Shown here: piece after piece, positions 1 to 13,871 of the stretch
Numbering within the stretch: the stretch's first letter is position 1
Layout of the letters: every line of letters starts with the position of its first letter
Assembly (NCBI GenBank): GCA_951406725.2
Contig: OX597815.1
Span: 9,362,001-9,426,000, forward strand
Direction: 5' to 3'
Source: Octopus vulgaris
Taxonomy: Eukaryota
Length of the DNA stretch: 64,000 nt
Notes under the pieces: model-generated
Seen by the model: only the letters and a program-made list of their open reading frames with translations
Database searches by the model: none
Told to the model about the DNA's origin: nothing
Position numbers and translations under genes: made by a program

Positions 1-744
1 TTTCGTGAATAGTGTAGCTATGACTCTATTAAGCAATGTGAGGTCTCTTTTAAGGTCGATGGTTGTGTTTTAAAAACGATTTAGCTCCTATTTCAAGGCA
101 GAGCGAGCACGTAGAGGTTTCCCTGTTGGTTTTCGTCATACAGTTGTAGCTTTCTTAGTCCCAATACAGCACTGATTGAGTCACAGCTATGGACATCATG
201 GCTTTTTTTGTATAAAAAGAACTACAATGCAAATTTGGTTTCCTCTTTGCTTTTTTTTAAACGATGAGCTGTAATTTGGGAGGGATATTTCGCTTGTATT
301 TCTAGCACGTGGCATGACAATGTAGCAGCTCCCGTCATTGGCTCCGATCCAACAGCTTTTCTTCGACAACGTTGCAACACAATAATTGGTAAAAACAGCC
401 ATGAAGAGAAGATGTGAATTTATAGTAGAAACATCAGAATTTCGAACTTACGATATCGTTGTCTTTCTCAAGGGCATTGAAGACGTTGAGGAGACATGAG
501 ATAAGAAAAGTACATTGTAATGCCAAAAACGTATGGCAGCCATTCTCCCAAGGATTTGTCAGTATCTGTTGTGTTTGATAAAACAAAGTGGCTTTTCTTC
601 GAATTCTTTCTTTTATTTTCCACACCATTCTACATTAATACACACATAAGTATACACGCACGCTGATATATATACATGCACAACATACATAAATATACAT
701 TTACAGAGATACATAATCACGCATACACTCACATACACACACAT

Positions 745-1048
<304 letters not shown>

Positions 1049-1401
1049 AATTATGCTTATGTATAAATGCGTTCTGTGTGTGTATGTGTGTTTGTGTGTG
1101 CGCGCACGCGCGTTATACTCTGAATATCTAATAGCAGAAGAATTTAAAATGGCGTTTTATTGATGTGAAATTTAGAAAGTAAAGAAACTAAGAACAGCGA
1201 CAGCAAATAACAACAACAACAGCAACATCAACAACAACAACAAACTAAAAACACTGATAATGATGAAATATTGGCAGGATGAAATAAGAGTAAAGTTTAA
1301 AAGGAAAAAAAAATAAAGAAACCAACGACAGGTAAATGAAAAAGAAACAAAGAAACAAAAATATATATATTAGTAAAAACTTATGTATATACATGCGAGT
1401 A

Positions 1402-2055
1402 GTATGTATGTATGTAGATTGTGTATGTATGTATTACGTATGTACGTATGTATGCATGTATGAATGTATGTATGTATGTATGTATGTATGTATGTATGTA
1501 TGTATGTATGTATGAATGTGTGTATATACGTATGAATGTATGTATGTATGTTATGTATGTATGTATGTATGTATGTAAGTATGTATGTATGTATGTATGT
1601 ATGTATGTATGAATGTATGTATGTATGTATGTATGAATGAATGTATGTATGTATGTATGTATGTATATACGTATGTATGTATGTATGAATGTATGTATGT
1701 ATGTGTGTATGCATGTATGCATGTGTATATATATGTACGTATATACGTATATACGTATGTACATACGTATGTATGTATGTATGAATATATGTATGTATGT
1801 ATGTATGCATGTATGTGTGTATGTATTTATGTATGTATGAATGTATGTATGTATGAATGTATGTATGTATATACGTATGTACGTATGTATGCATGTATGT
1901 ATGTATGTATGTATGTATGTATGTGTGTATGCATGTACGTGTGTATGCATGTATGTATGTACGTATATATGTATGTACGTACGTACGTACGTATGTATGT
2001 ATGTATGTATGTATGTATGTATGTATGTATGTATGTATGTATGTATGAATGTATG

Positions 2056-2138
<83 letters not shown>

Positions 2139-2168
2139 ATATATATATATCTGTCTGTCTGTCTGTCT
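1402..2168. repeat. Compound (TATG)n-(TATC)n microsatellite
   Basis: Tetranucleotide runs directly visible. Confidence 0.97.
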
Positions 2169-2377
2169 CATAAACAAATAGTAACCTATATAGTATTTAG
2201 AAACAAAGCATAGAAACGAGAAAATGCGAATTGGACAAAAGAAAAACTATCTGGTGAAACATTTGAGAAATCCAGAAAAGAAAAAAATAATGATAAATAA
2301 TAGATTAAAAAGGAAAAGGAAAAGGAAAAATAAAATGTAAGATTTTTTTAACTGAGAAATAGAGAACAAATGAGTAG

Positions 2378-2924
2378 AAGAAAGAAGAAGAAGAAGAAGA
2401 AGAAGAAGAAGAAGAAGAAGAAGAAGAAGAAGAAGAAGAAGAAGAAGAAGAAGAGGAGGAAGAAGAGTAGAATAGAAGAAGAAGGAGAGGGAGAAGAAGA
2501 AGAAAAAGAAGAAGAAGAAGGAGGGGGAGGGGGAGGAGGAGAAGGAGGAGAAGAAGAAGAAAACGAAGAAGAAGAAGAAGGAGGAGGAAGAGAAGGAGGA
2601 GGAGAAGAAGAAGAAGAAGAGGAGGAAGAAGAAGTAGAAAAAGAAGAAGAAAACGAAGAAGAAGAAGAAGAAGAAAACGAAGAAGAAGAAGAAGAAGAAG
2701 AAGAAGAAGAAAAGAAGAAAAAGAAGAAGAAGAAGAAGAAGAAGAAAACGAAGAAGAAGAAGAAGAAGAAGAAGAAGAAGAAGAAGAAAAGAAGAAAAAG
2801 AAGAAGAGAAGAAGAAGAAGTAGTAGAAGAAGAAGGAGGAGGAGAAGAAGAAGAAGAAGAAGAAGAAGAAGAAGAAGAAGAAGAAGAAGAAGAAGAAGAA
2901 GAAGAAAAAAGAAGAAGAAGAAGA
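2378..2924. repeat. (GAA)n/(GGA)n polypurine tract
   Basis: About 550 bp of almost pure purine trinucleotide repeat. Confidence 0.97.
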
Positions 2925-3208
2925 TTCAAGCAAGGAAAAAGAAAGAGCATTAGGCGTTGATTGAAGTGAAATAATGTATTTATGTCAGAAAGACTGGCGA
3001 GATTGAGGAGATAAAACTAAACGAAGATATAGGAGGGGTTGATTTATGTTTATGTTTAGCTTTAAGGATATCGGCGTTAACACAATCAAACTGATATATT
3101 TGAGATATCTTGTCTCCAGGCAATATACGTATTATAGATTATACATTATCCTCCCGACTTCACTTGTTACGGGTTGTGATGGATCTAGTGTATATGTATT
3201 ATACACAC

Positions 3209-3620
3209 CGGCGAGCTGGCAGAAACGTTAGCGCGCCGGGCGAAATGCTTAGCGGTATTTCGTCTGTCTTCACATTCTGAGTTCAAATTCCGCCGAGGTC
3301 GACTTTGCCTTTCATCCTTTCGGGGTCGATAGATAAAGTACCAGTTACGCACTGGGGTCGATATAATCGACTTAATTCGTTTGTCTGTCCTTGTTTGTCC
3401 TCTCTGCGTTTAGCCCCTTGTGGGTAGTACAGAAATAGGTATTTCGTCTGCCGCTACGTTTGAGTTCAAATTCCGCCGAGGTCGACTTTGCCTTTCATCC
3501 TTTCGGGGTCGATAAATAAAGTACCAGTTACGCACTGGGGTCGATGTAATCGACTTAATCCCTTTGTCTGTCTTTGTCTGTCCCCTCTATGTTTAGCCTC
3601 TTGTGGGCAATAAAGAAATA
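3209..3620 (+). mobile_element. SINE family A, head plus two tandem body units
   Basis: Head GGCGAGCTGGCAGAAACGTTAGC, B-box-like GAGTTCAAATTCC and core GCCTTTCATCCTTTCGGGGTCGATAAA. The body repeats after the junction AGAAATA|GGTATTTCGTCTG at about 3437. Confidence 0.9.
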
Positions 3621-3626
3621 TATATA

Positions 3627-5104
3627 TTGGGTCATCCCATTAATAATGCGGGTTTTCTTTTTCAAAATTAAGATAAAGTTCTTTTGTAATCTAAATATAC
3701 TCACCTTCATTTTCTACAATGCTCTTCCACCTATGTGGTAGACTTGCAAGGCCCCTCTTCCAAAATTCACTTGTTCCTGACGAAAGATAGTCCACTAATA
3801 CTGTTTTGACCTCATCTACAGAATTCAAATTTCTTCCATCCAAATGACTTAGAAGATTGCGGAATAAATGGTAATCAGACGGGGCAATGTTTCCCATTTA
3901 AACTGCTCCAGTCTTTGGAATGTCATCCTCGCTGTATGTGACCGAGCATTATCCTGATGGAAGGACACCATTCGTCTTGAAACCAAAGATGGTCGTTTTT
4001 CTTCTAGCGCTGACTTAAGCCTCCCAAGCTTCTCGCAGTAAATCTCCTTTGTTATCGTTTGGTTTGGGTTTAAAAGTTCAAAGTGGACTAAACCCTTCAT
4101 ATCCTACCAAACAGATAACTACATCCTGCGTAACTGAAGACCTTCTTTAGCCTGGGGTGCCGGTATTTCCTCTTTTCCTACTCACTGTCTTCGGCGCTTG
4201 AAAGTTTTATAGAGAACCCATTTCTCGTCACCAGTCACTACTTGATCCAAAAAGGGTTAATTCGTGAGACGTGACAGCAAAGAAGAGCACGCATTCACTT
4301 TCTGCGCGGGATTAGTTTCGGAAAGTTTGTGAGGAACCCATTGACCCAATTTGCTGACTTTCTGATGGTACGCAGGTACCTATTTCTTTATTACCCACAA
4401 GGGGCTAAACACAGAAGGGACAAACAAGGACAGACATAGGTATTAAGTCGGTTACATCGAACCATCGAACCCAGTGCGTAACTGGTACTTAATTTATCGA
4501 CCTCGAAAGGATGAAAGGCAAAGTCGACCTCGGCGGAATTTAAACTCACAACGTAACGCAGACGAAATACCGCAAAGCATTTCGCCAGGCGTGCTAACCT
4601 TTCTGCCAGCTCGCCGCCTTATGGTACGCAGGTACCGATGAATGGTTGAATGACCAAATGCAAGCTTCTCTGCTAGTTCCTCAACAGTTACGATGGAATT
4701 TGTTTCACCAGGGCTTGCAGGGCGTCCTCATCGAGGTCTACAGATTTTCCAAGACGAGACTCGTCTTCTAGGCTGTAGTTTTCGGCTCGAATTTTTGGAA
4801 CCACCGTTGACACTGGCTTACGCCTATTGTCCGATCCCCATAGACTGCATTAATATTCCTTGCACTTTCCGTTGCATTGTTGCTTTTATTGAACTCATAA
4901 AAGTAAAATATGCTGTCTCTTCCATTATAGCTTTGTAAAAATAACTGTTAAAATGGAACTGCACTCTTGAAAACTTGCATTAAGAATAAGGACAAGGTAA
5001 AACTATTACCTGCTTTTATGGCAAGTTGATGCAGGTAGTTTATCCCGTCCCTCTCCGACTTTTAGTTCCTGCAATTGAAAAAACCGCATAATTTATGGGA
5101 TGAC

Positions 5105-5108
<4 letters not shown>
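3627..5108 (-). mobile_element. Full-length decayed mariner element interrupted by a SINE
   Basis: TIRs TTGGGTCATCCCAT...ATGGGATGACCCAA flanked by TA. Transposase motifs HQDNARSH, IAPSDYHLF, LPHRW and WVPHKL, with frameshifts. Confidence 0.93.
4381..4620 (-). mobile_element. SINE family A inserted in the mariner
   Basis: Full copy with 16-bp TSD ATGGTACGCAGGTACC at 4365-4380 and 4621-4636. Confidence 0.93.
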
Positions 5109-5161
<53 letters not shown>

Positions 5162-5747
5162 GTGTGTGCATTTGTGCAGAGAGAGAGAGAGAGTGATGTT
5201 TATATGCGTGTGTGTGTATGAATGTATGTATATAAGATTATTTCCATTAAGATAGATACCATCCTCATCATGAAACTGCTATCATCGCCAGCATCACCAC
5301 CAATACTACCACCTGCACCAACATCACCGACACGATCACTAAAACTACCATCACCATCACTACCACTACTACCACCACCACCACCACCACCAACAACAAC
5401 AACCTCACCACCGCCGCCGCCACCAACACATTAACCTATCAGGTAATCGATCAACGATGACGGAGTACAAAGAAGCAAAGTTTGAACGTTTGTATTCTAA
5501 TGAAACAAACGATCATAACTGGAACATTAGGAAAAGTAGGAAGCAATGAGAATCCGATGATGATTAGGGGATCAATAGGGGATCCATGCCAGACAAGTAG
5601 GCAACAAAATAAGTGAATTGTAGGGCCATTTCATAGGGAAAAGGGAAAAGGTTCCACACAGAAGTGTAATGGTAGGGTTAACATGTTCCGGGCAAGTAAA
5701 CAGAGAGGAAGGAAATATTTCTCACGGAAGTAACATATCTATTATAC

Positions 5748-6134
5748 GTGGAGGCGCAATGGCCCAGTGGTTAGGGCAGCGAACTCGCGATCATAGGATC
5801 GCTGTTTCGATTCCCAGACCGGGCGTTGTGAGTGTTTATCGAGCGAAAACACCTAAAGCTCCACGAGGCTCCGTCAGGGGATGGTGGTGATCCCTGCTGT
5901 ACTCTTTCACCACAACTTTCTCTCACTCTTACTTCCTGTTTCTGTTGTACCTGTATTTCAAGGGGCCGGCCTTGTCACTCTCTGTGTCACGCTGAATATC
6001 CCCGAGAACTACGTTAAGGGTACACGTGTCTGTGGAGTGCTCAGCCACTTACACGTTAATTTCACGAGCAGGCTGTTCCGTTGATTCGGATCAACCGGAA
6101 CCCTCATCGTCGTAACCGACGAAGTGCTTCCATC
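5748..6134 (+). mobile_element. tRNA-derived SINE family B
   Basis: A-box-like TGGCCCAGTGG and B-box-like GTTTCGATTCC. Near-identical to copies at 43796 and 48618. Confidence 0.9.
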
Positions 6135-6312
6135 CATCTATTGTACACAGTCAGGTTAGAGCAGGAGGCAACAATTATGTTCACATATTTATATATTGTA
6201 TTTTAAAGTAGACTGGAATATAGTGGCAATGTTAAGAATTTTATATGTGGTATGCTACAGTAGAGTATGACATAACTATAGTGTAAGCATATTTACATTA
6301 GTTTAACAATAT

Positions 6313-9300
6313 TCTTTTCTACTCTAGGCATTTCTGGGGAGGGGGCCAGTTAATTAGATCGACCCAGTACGTAACTGGTACTTAATTTATCGACCCCCCA
6401 AAAGGATGAAAGGCAAAGTCGACCTCGGCGGAATCTGCATTCAGAACGTAAAGACAGACGAAATACCTATTTCTTTATTACCCACAAGGGGCTAAACACA
6501 GAGAGGACAAACAAGGACAGACAAACGGAATAAGTCGATTATATCGACCCCAGTGCGTATCTGGTACTTAACTTATCGACCCCGAAAGGATGAAAGGCAA
6601 AGTCGACCTTGGCGGAATCTGCATTCAGAACGTAAAGACAGACGAAATACCTATTTCTTTATTACCCACAAGGGGCTAAACACAGAGGGGACAAACAAGG
6701 ACAGACATAGGTATTAAGTCGATTACATCGACCCCAGTTCGTAACTGGTACTTAATTTATCGACCCCGAAAGGATGAAAGGCAAAGTCGACCTCGGCGGA
6801 ATCTGCATTCAGAACGTAAAGACAGACGAAATACCTATTTCTTTATTACCCACAAGGGGCTAAACACAGAGGGAACAAACAAGGACAGACATAGGTATTA
6901 AGTCGATTACATCGACCCCAGTTCGTAACTGGTACTTAATTTATCGACCCCCAAAAGGATGACAGGCAAAGTCGACCTCGGCGGAATCTGCATTCAGAAC
7001 GTAAAGACAGACGAAATACCTATTTCTTTATTACCCACAAGGGGCTAAACACAGAGGGAACAAACAAGGACAGACATAGGTATTAAGTCGATTACATCGA
7101 CCCCAGTTCGTAACTGGTACTTAATTTATCGACCCCGAAAGGATGAAAGGCAAAGTCGACCTCGGCGGAATCTGCATTCAGAACGTAAAGACAGACGAAA
7201 TACCTATTTCTTTATTACCCACAAGGGGCTAAACACAGAGGGAACAAACAAGGACAGACATAGGTATTAAGTCGATTACATCGACCCCAGTTCGTAACTG
7301 GTACTTAATTTATCGACCCCGAAAGGATGAAAGGCAAAGTCGACCTCGGCGGAATCTGCATTCAGAACGTAAAGACAGACGAAATACCTATTTCTTTATT
7401 ACCCACAAGGGGCTAAACACAGAGGGAACAAACAAGGACAGACATAGGTATTAAGTCGATTACATCGACCCCAGTTCGTAACTGGTACTTAATTTATCGA
7501 CCCCGAAAGGATGAAAGGCAAAGTCGACCTCGGCGGAATCTGCATTCAGAACGTAAAGACAGACGAAATACCTATTTCTTTATTACCCACAAGGGGCTAA
7601 ACACAGAGGGAACAAACAAGGACAGACATAGGTATTAAGTCGATTACATCGACCCCAGTTCGTAACTGGTACTTAATTTATCGACCCCGAAAGGATGAAA
7701 GGCAAAGTCGACCTCGGCGGAATCTGCATTCAGAACGTAAAGACAGACGAAATACCTATTTCTTTATTACCCACAAGGGGCTAAACACAGAGAGGACAAA
7801 CAAGGACAGACATAGGTATTAAGTCGATTACATCGACCCCAGTTCGTAACTGGTACTTAATTTATCGACCCCGAAAGGATGAAAGGCAAAGTCGACCTCG
7901 GCGGAATCTGCATTCAGAACGTAAAGACAGACGAAATACCTATTTCTTTATTACCCACAAGGGGCTAAACACAGAGGGGATAAACAAGGACAGACATAGG
8001 TATTAAGTCGATTACATCGACACCAGTGCGTAACTGGTACTTAATTTATCGACCCCGAAAGGATGAAAGGCAAAGTCGACCTCGGCGGAATCTGCATTCA
8101 GAACGTAAAGACAGACGAAATACCTATTTCTTTATTACCCACAAGGGGCTAAACACAGAGGGAGCAAACAAGGACAGACATAGGTATTAAGTCGATTACT
8201 AAGACCCCAGTGCGTATCTGGTACTTAATTTATCGACCCCGAAAGGATGAAAGGCAAAGTCGACCTCGGCGGAATCTGCATTCAGAACGTAAAGACAGAC
8301 GAAATACCTATTTCTTTATTACCCACAAGGGGCTAAACACAGAGGGAACAAACAAGGACAGACATAGGTATTAAGTCGATTACATCGACCCCAGTGCGTA
8401 TCTGGTACTTAATTTATCGACCCCGAAAGGATGAAAGGCAAAGTCGACCTCGGCGGAATCTGCATTCAGAACGTAAAGACAGACGAAATACCTATTTCTT
8501 TATTACCCACAAGGGGCTAAACACAGAGGGAGCAAACAAGGACAGACATAGGTATTAAGTCGATTACATCGACCCCAGTGCGTATCTGGTACTTAATTTA
8601 TCGACCCCGAAAGGATGAAAGGCAAAGTCGACCTCGGCGGAATCTGCATTCAGAACGTAAAGACAGACGAAATACCTATTTCTTTATTACCCACAAGGGG
8701 CTAAACACAGAGGGAGCAAACAAGGACAGACATAGGTATTAAGTCGATTACATCGACCCCAGTGCGTATCTGGTACTTAATTTATCGACCCCGAAAGGAT
8801 GAAAGGCAAAGTCGACCTCGGCGGAATCTGCATTCAGAACGTAAAGACAGACGAAATACCTATTTCTTTATTACCCACAAGGGGCTAAACACAGAGGGAA
8901 CAAACAAGGACAGACATAGGTATTAAGTCGATTACATCGACCCCAGTGCGTATCTGGTACTTAATTTATCGACCCCGAAAGGATGAAAGGCAAAGTCGAC
9001 CTCGGCGGAATCTGCATTCAGAACGTAAAGACAGACGAAATACCTATTTCTTTATTACCCACAAGGGGCTAAACACAGAGGGAGCAAACAAGGACAGACA
9101 TAGGTATTAAGTCGATTACATCGACCCCAGTGCGTATCTGGTACTTAATTTATCGACCCCGAAAGGATGAAAGGCAAAGTCGACCTCGGCGGAATCTGCA
9201 TTCAGAACGTAAAGACAGACGAAATACCTATTTCTTTATTACCCACAAGGGGCTAAACACAGAGGGAGCAAACAAGGACAGACATAGGTATTAAGTCGAT

Positions 9301-9808
9301 TACATCGACCCCAGTGCGTATCTGGTACTTAATTTATCGACCCCGAAAGGATGAAAGGCAAAGTCGACCTCGGCGGAATCTGCATTCAGAACGTAAAGAC
9401 AGACGAAATACCTATTTCTTTATTACCCACAAGGGGCTAAACACAGAGGGAGCAAACAAGGACAGACATAGGTATTAAGTCGATTACATCGACCCCAGTT
9501 CGTAACTGGTACTTAATTTATCGACCCCGAAAGGATGAAAGGCAAAGTCGACCTCGGCGGAATCTGCATTCAGAACGTAAAGACAGACGAAATACCTATT
9601 TCTTTATTACCCACAAGGGGCTAAACACAGAGAGGACAAACAAGGACAGACAAACGGAATAAGTCGATTATATCGACCCCAGTGCGTATCTGGTACTTAA
9701 TTTATCGACCCCGAAAGGATGAAAGGCAAAGTCGACCTCGGCGGAATTTGAACTCAGAACGTAGCGGCAGACGAAATACCGCTAAGCATTTCTGCCAGCT
9801 CACCGCCT
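6313..9808 (-). repeat. Tandem array of 18 x 184-bp SINE-A body units inside one SINE
   Basis: Junction GAAATACCTATTTC recurs with TACC at 6464, 6648, 6832, 7017, 7201 ... 9593. The single head is at 9777-9808. A flanking 17-bp direct repeat ATTAGTTTAACAATATT lies at about 6297 and 9814. Confidence 0.95.
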
Positions 9809-9854
9809 TAGATATTAGTTTAACAATATTGTTAACATAATTACAGATTAGTTT

Positions 9855-10273
9855 CTTTTACTCTTTTACTTGTTTCAGTCATTTGACTGCGGCCATGCTG
9901 GAGCACCGCCTTTTAGTCGATCAAATCGACCCCGGGACTTATTCTTTCGTAAGCCCAGTACTTATTCTATCGGATCTCTTTTGCCGAACCGCTAAGTGAC
10001 GGGGACGTAAACACACCAGCATCGGTTGTCAAGCAATGCTAGGGGGACAAACACAGACACACAAACACAGACACACAAACACACACACACATACACACAC
10101 ACATATATACAACAAGCTTCTTTCAGTTTCCGTCTACCAAATCCACTCAAAAGGCTTTGGTTGGCCCAAGGCTATAGCAGAAGACACTTGCCCAAGATGC
10201 CATGCAGTGGGACTGAACCCGCAACCATGTGGTTGGTTAGCAAGCTACTTACCACACAGCCACTCCTGCGCCT
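9855..10273 (-). mobile_element. tRNA-derived SINE family C with internal (CA)n/(TA)n
   Basis: On the minus strand, head AGGAGTGGCTGTGTGGTAAG...GGTTCAGTCCC and tail AAGTAAAAGAGTA. Many copies in the window. Confidence 0.9.
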
Positions 10274-11047
10274 CAAATTTTGGTACAAGGTTGGCAATTT
10301 CGGCTCAACTGGTACTTATTTTATTGACTCCGAAAGGATAAAAGTCAAAGTCGACCTCGTTGTAGCGGTGGTGGTGGGTCAGTGGATTTAAGCTAAAAAT
10401 TTTGGCAAGTGAAAAGAACTGGGTGTTTATCAATTACATAGCTAGACTAGGGAAAGACGAAGTTAAAAAACTGAATGGTTATGCAAAAATGATGAGGGAG
10501 CCAAAGAGGACGAGGTATATGAAACAATAGGAAGGTGAGGGACTGGATATGAAGACAAAGATTTGAAAAACGTATTGTCCTAAGTTGGGTTGAAATAAGT
10601 GCGGGAAAGAAAAAATTACATATTCCTTTGTGTTGTGTCAAGTTGTTTTCTGTAAGATAGTAGAAAGGGCTCCTTAGCCGTAGCGAGGGCAATCTATCTA
10701 GGGAGATAACCTTACAATAAATCACTCGGTCCGTAGCTTAGAAACACTGGGTTGACATCCAGCGGGAACAGCTTTGTTTCATGGAGGAGGAAAGATCTTC
10801 TTTAGTGCTTGGTTGTACAATGCTTTCCAATGTGTGTAGTAGTGGCGCGCGCACACATTATTAGCCATTTGAAAAGACTATGAAAGTCTCGACCACGGTC
10901 GAACAATGATGATGATGAAGATAGTAGCGAATCTTGCAAGTAGTACCAGAAGCCCGGTTGCAAGAGTTAAAATATAAAGTTGAGAGGTTTTTATATTTTG
11001 AATTTAAAGTAATCTAATTCATTTGATACTAATATATTGTTGGGAAG

Positions 11048-11266
11048 AAGGCGGCGAGTTGACAGAAGTTTTTAGAACGCCGGGTGAAATGCTTAGGAGC
11101 ATTTCGTCCGTCTTTACTTTCCTTTGATCAAATTCCACCTGGGTCGACTTTGCTTTTTATCCTTTCAGGGTCGATAAAACAAGTACAAGTTGAGCACTGG
11201 GATCGATGTAATCAACTTATTCCTTCCCACGAAATTGCTGGCTTTCAGCCAAAACTTGAAACCAAT
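11048..11266 (+). mobile_element. Older SINE family A-related copy
   Basis: Diverged head and GTCGACTTTGC...GTCGATAAA core, with a different tail. Confidence 0.75.
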
Positions 11267-11386
11267 ATATTATAGTTGGGCAGCCGATGAAATGTTTGCT
11301 ACGATTATTCTATGGTGTCTATTATTGTTCGAATTAAATTTAATACATTTTAGGTGTAATAATATTAAAGATGTCATATAAATTAA

Positions 11387-11778
11387 TATATAAAAGTGAA
11401 GTTGTGTGTCTGTCTCCTACGATTTAGATTCCTAACTACTCCCACATTTTGCGGTGCAGTTTAACCAAAACCGGGTATCTTATAGTCGTGATTCATATCG
11501 AGCCCTTCTGGGTATTAGCGCGCGTCTACGATGAGTCTACGATTAAAAAAAAAATTACCATAATTTTTTTCCATTTTAATGCATTTTTTTCGCTATTATA
11601 TAAGGGAAGTAACTCTCTAAAAATGTCTACGATGAGTCAACGATTTAAAAAAAAAATTACCATAATTTTTTTTCCATTTTTAATGCATTTTTTTGCTATT
11701 TTTTGGCTATAACTCTCTAAAAATGCTTATATAGTTATTTCCCTTACAAACCCGAGCAACGCCGGGCGATACTGCTAG
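11387..11778 (+). mobile_element. Non-autonomous Helitron-like element
   Basis: 3' hairpin CCCGAGCAACGCCGGG followed by CTAG|T. A second copy is at 44343. Confidence 0.75.
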
Positions 11779-12350
11779 TAAGTTAATATATGGCTAGTAG
11801 GTTATTAGAGGATGCACGGTTTCCTTAATATTAGATTTCATTTGGTTTTAGTAACCCGATCATTTATAAAAAACCTCATAGATGGCAATGATAGTGTTAG
11901 TTCGTGGCAGTTAAATCATGTACGAAAGAGATTAGCAACGTAACTTCGTAAAATGAAAATGTAAAAACAATTAAAATATATCAAAATGAAATTTGATACA
12001 ATATATAAAAGCATTTCTTCGTCGGTGGATGAGGCACATAAGAAGGAATTTAAGACTATTTCATAAAACCAAATTAAAATGAATTAAATTGAAATATGAT
12101 ATATTGTGGAAATGGTATAATATGATATAACATAATATAAAGAGTATATATATTCTTTATAGTGAAATGGGAGATATGTATGAAGTAGTAAACTATTTGT
12201 AAAACAATTAAGATAGCGAGTCTAAGACGACAAAATAAAGAAATATAATATGAAGGTATAACTAAAAAGAAAACTAGCATACAGTTATAACTGAAAAAAC
12301 TCCACCCTGTCACAAAGGCACAGACACACAGACATATCTACCTACTTACC

Positions 12351-12571
12351 TATTTCTTTACTACCCACAAGGGGTTAAACACAGAGGGGACAAACAGACG
12401 GATTAAGTCGATTACATCGTTCCCAGTGCTTAACTGGTACTTATTTAATCGACCCCGAAAGGATGAAAGGCAAAGTCGACCTCAGCGGGATTTGAACTCA
12501 GAACGTAACGGCAGACGAAATACGGTTACGCATTTCGCCCGGCGTACTAACGATTCCACCAGGTCGCCACC
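12351..12571 (-). mobile_element. SINE family A
   Basis: Matches the other copies. Degenerate TSD ATCTACCTACTTACC/ATCTATCTACTTATC. Confidence 0.85.
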
Positions 12572-12630
12572 TAATTATCTATCTACTTATCGACATACAT
12601 ATATACAACACATATTCATACACGCAGATA

Positions 12631-12665
<35 letters not shown>

Positions 12666-13473
12666 GCGCGCAAAGACCAGGCAAGACAACAAGATACCAA
12701 TATTTCGCTATTATCGTGGTTTATCAATACCACGTACTCGGATTATCTCGAAACGAAGTGAATCGCTGGTTTGGGACAATTCACTGTTCTTCAACACTCG
12801 GCGTCGAATAGGGAGATTTTCCTAACCGCTATTCCGCAGCAAATTTGGCGTAGAAACAAAATACGCGCACTGCGTATGTGCGACCGATAATGTTCACATT
12901 ACTAGAGCTGTTTTGGCGATCTTTCGTCTGTGTAAGTGAAGTGCTTCTGTTAGTGTGTGTGAAGAGACAGAGTAATGTGTGAAAGAAAGAGATAACTGAA
13001 ATTTTTTACTCGGTGTATGTGTATATGTATGTATATTACTTCAAAAGTTCCTGCAAGCCCATTTGTAAAAATTTTTTTTTACGGAAATCGACGGAAAGGT
13101 CTACAAGAGACGAAAGGTTGCCGCTGTTTTTAGTTTGTAATTTAATTTTCTTTCAGTGTATGCTACGTCGCAGACTTCACTCTATTTGCATATCAGTCAC
13201 AGACCGGTGATTCTCTTCGTTTCGAAATGGCCTGAGTACATTGAGTTATTGATAAGCCACAATAATAGCGAAAGATCGGTATCTACCATTCTCGGTCATC
13301 CGAGGCAAGTTGGCTCCGCTAGTCTGTGACATTTCGGTGTTCATTTACATTCGGCGTCGTGTAGGAGGTTTTCTTTGGCACTATCCTGCAGTAAATTTGG
13401 CGTATAAACAAAGACATACACTATAAATGTGCGACCGATAATGTTTGTACTAGAACTGATTTTAATTCCTAAT

Positions 13474-13679
13474 ATACATACATACATACATACATACATA
13501 CATGCATACATACATACATACATACATACATACATACGTACATACATACATACATACATACGTACATACATACATACATACATACATACATACATACATA
13601 CATACATACATACATACGTACGTACATACACACATACATACATACATACATACACACATACATACATACATACATACAT
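13474..13679. repeat. (TACA)n microsatellite
   Basis: Directly visible. Confidence 0.97.
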
Positions 13680-13680
13680 G

Positions 13681-13836
13681 TAGGCGTGGCTGTGTGGTAA
13701 GAAGCTAGCTTCCCAACCACATGGTTCCGGGTTCAGTCCCAGTGCTTGGCACTGAGACTGTCCTCTACTATAGCCTCAGGCCGACGAAAGTCTTGTAAGT
13801 GGATTTTAGTAGACGGAAACCGAAAGAAGCCCGTCG

Positions 13837-13871
<35 letters not shown>

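Noticed and set aside
5748-5825. tRNA gene
   Set aside because: It is a tRNA-like SINE head continuous with a repeated body and TSD. The same holds for the heads of families A and C.
6313-9808. CRISPR array or HHR retrozyme array
   Set aside because: There are no unique spacers and no cas genes. The units are SINE bodies, and no CTGANGA core was found on either strand.
10026-10391. Recurrent 60-120 aa ORFs (ASFSFRLPNPL..., MVVIPAVLFHH...)
   Set aside because: They are chance translations of SINE-B and SINE-C copies.
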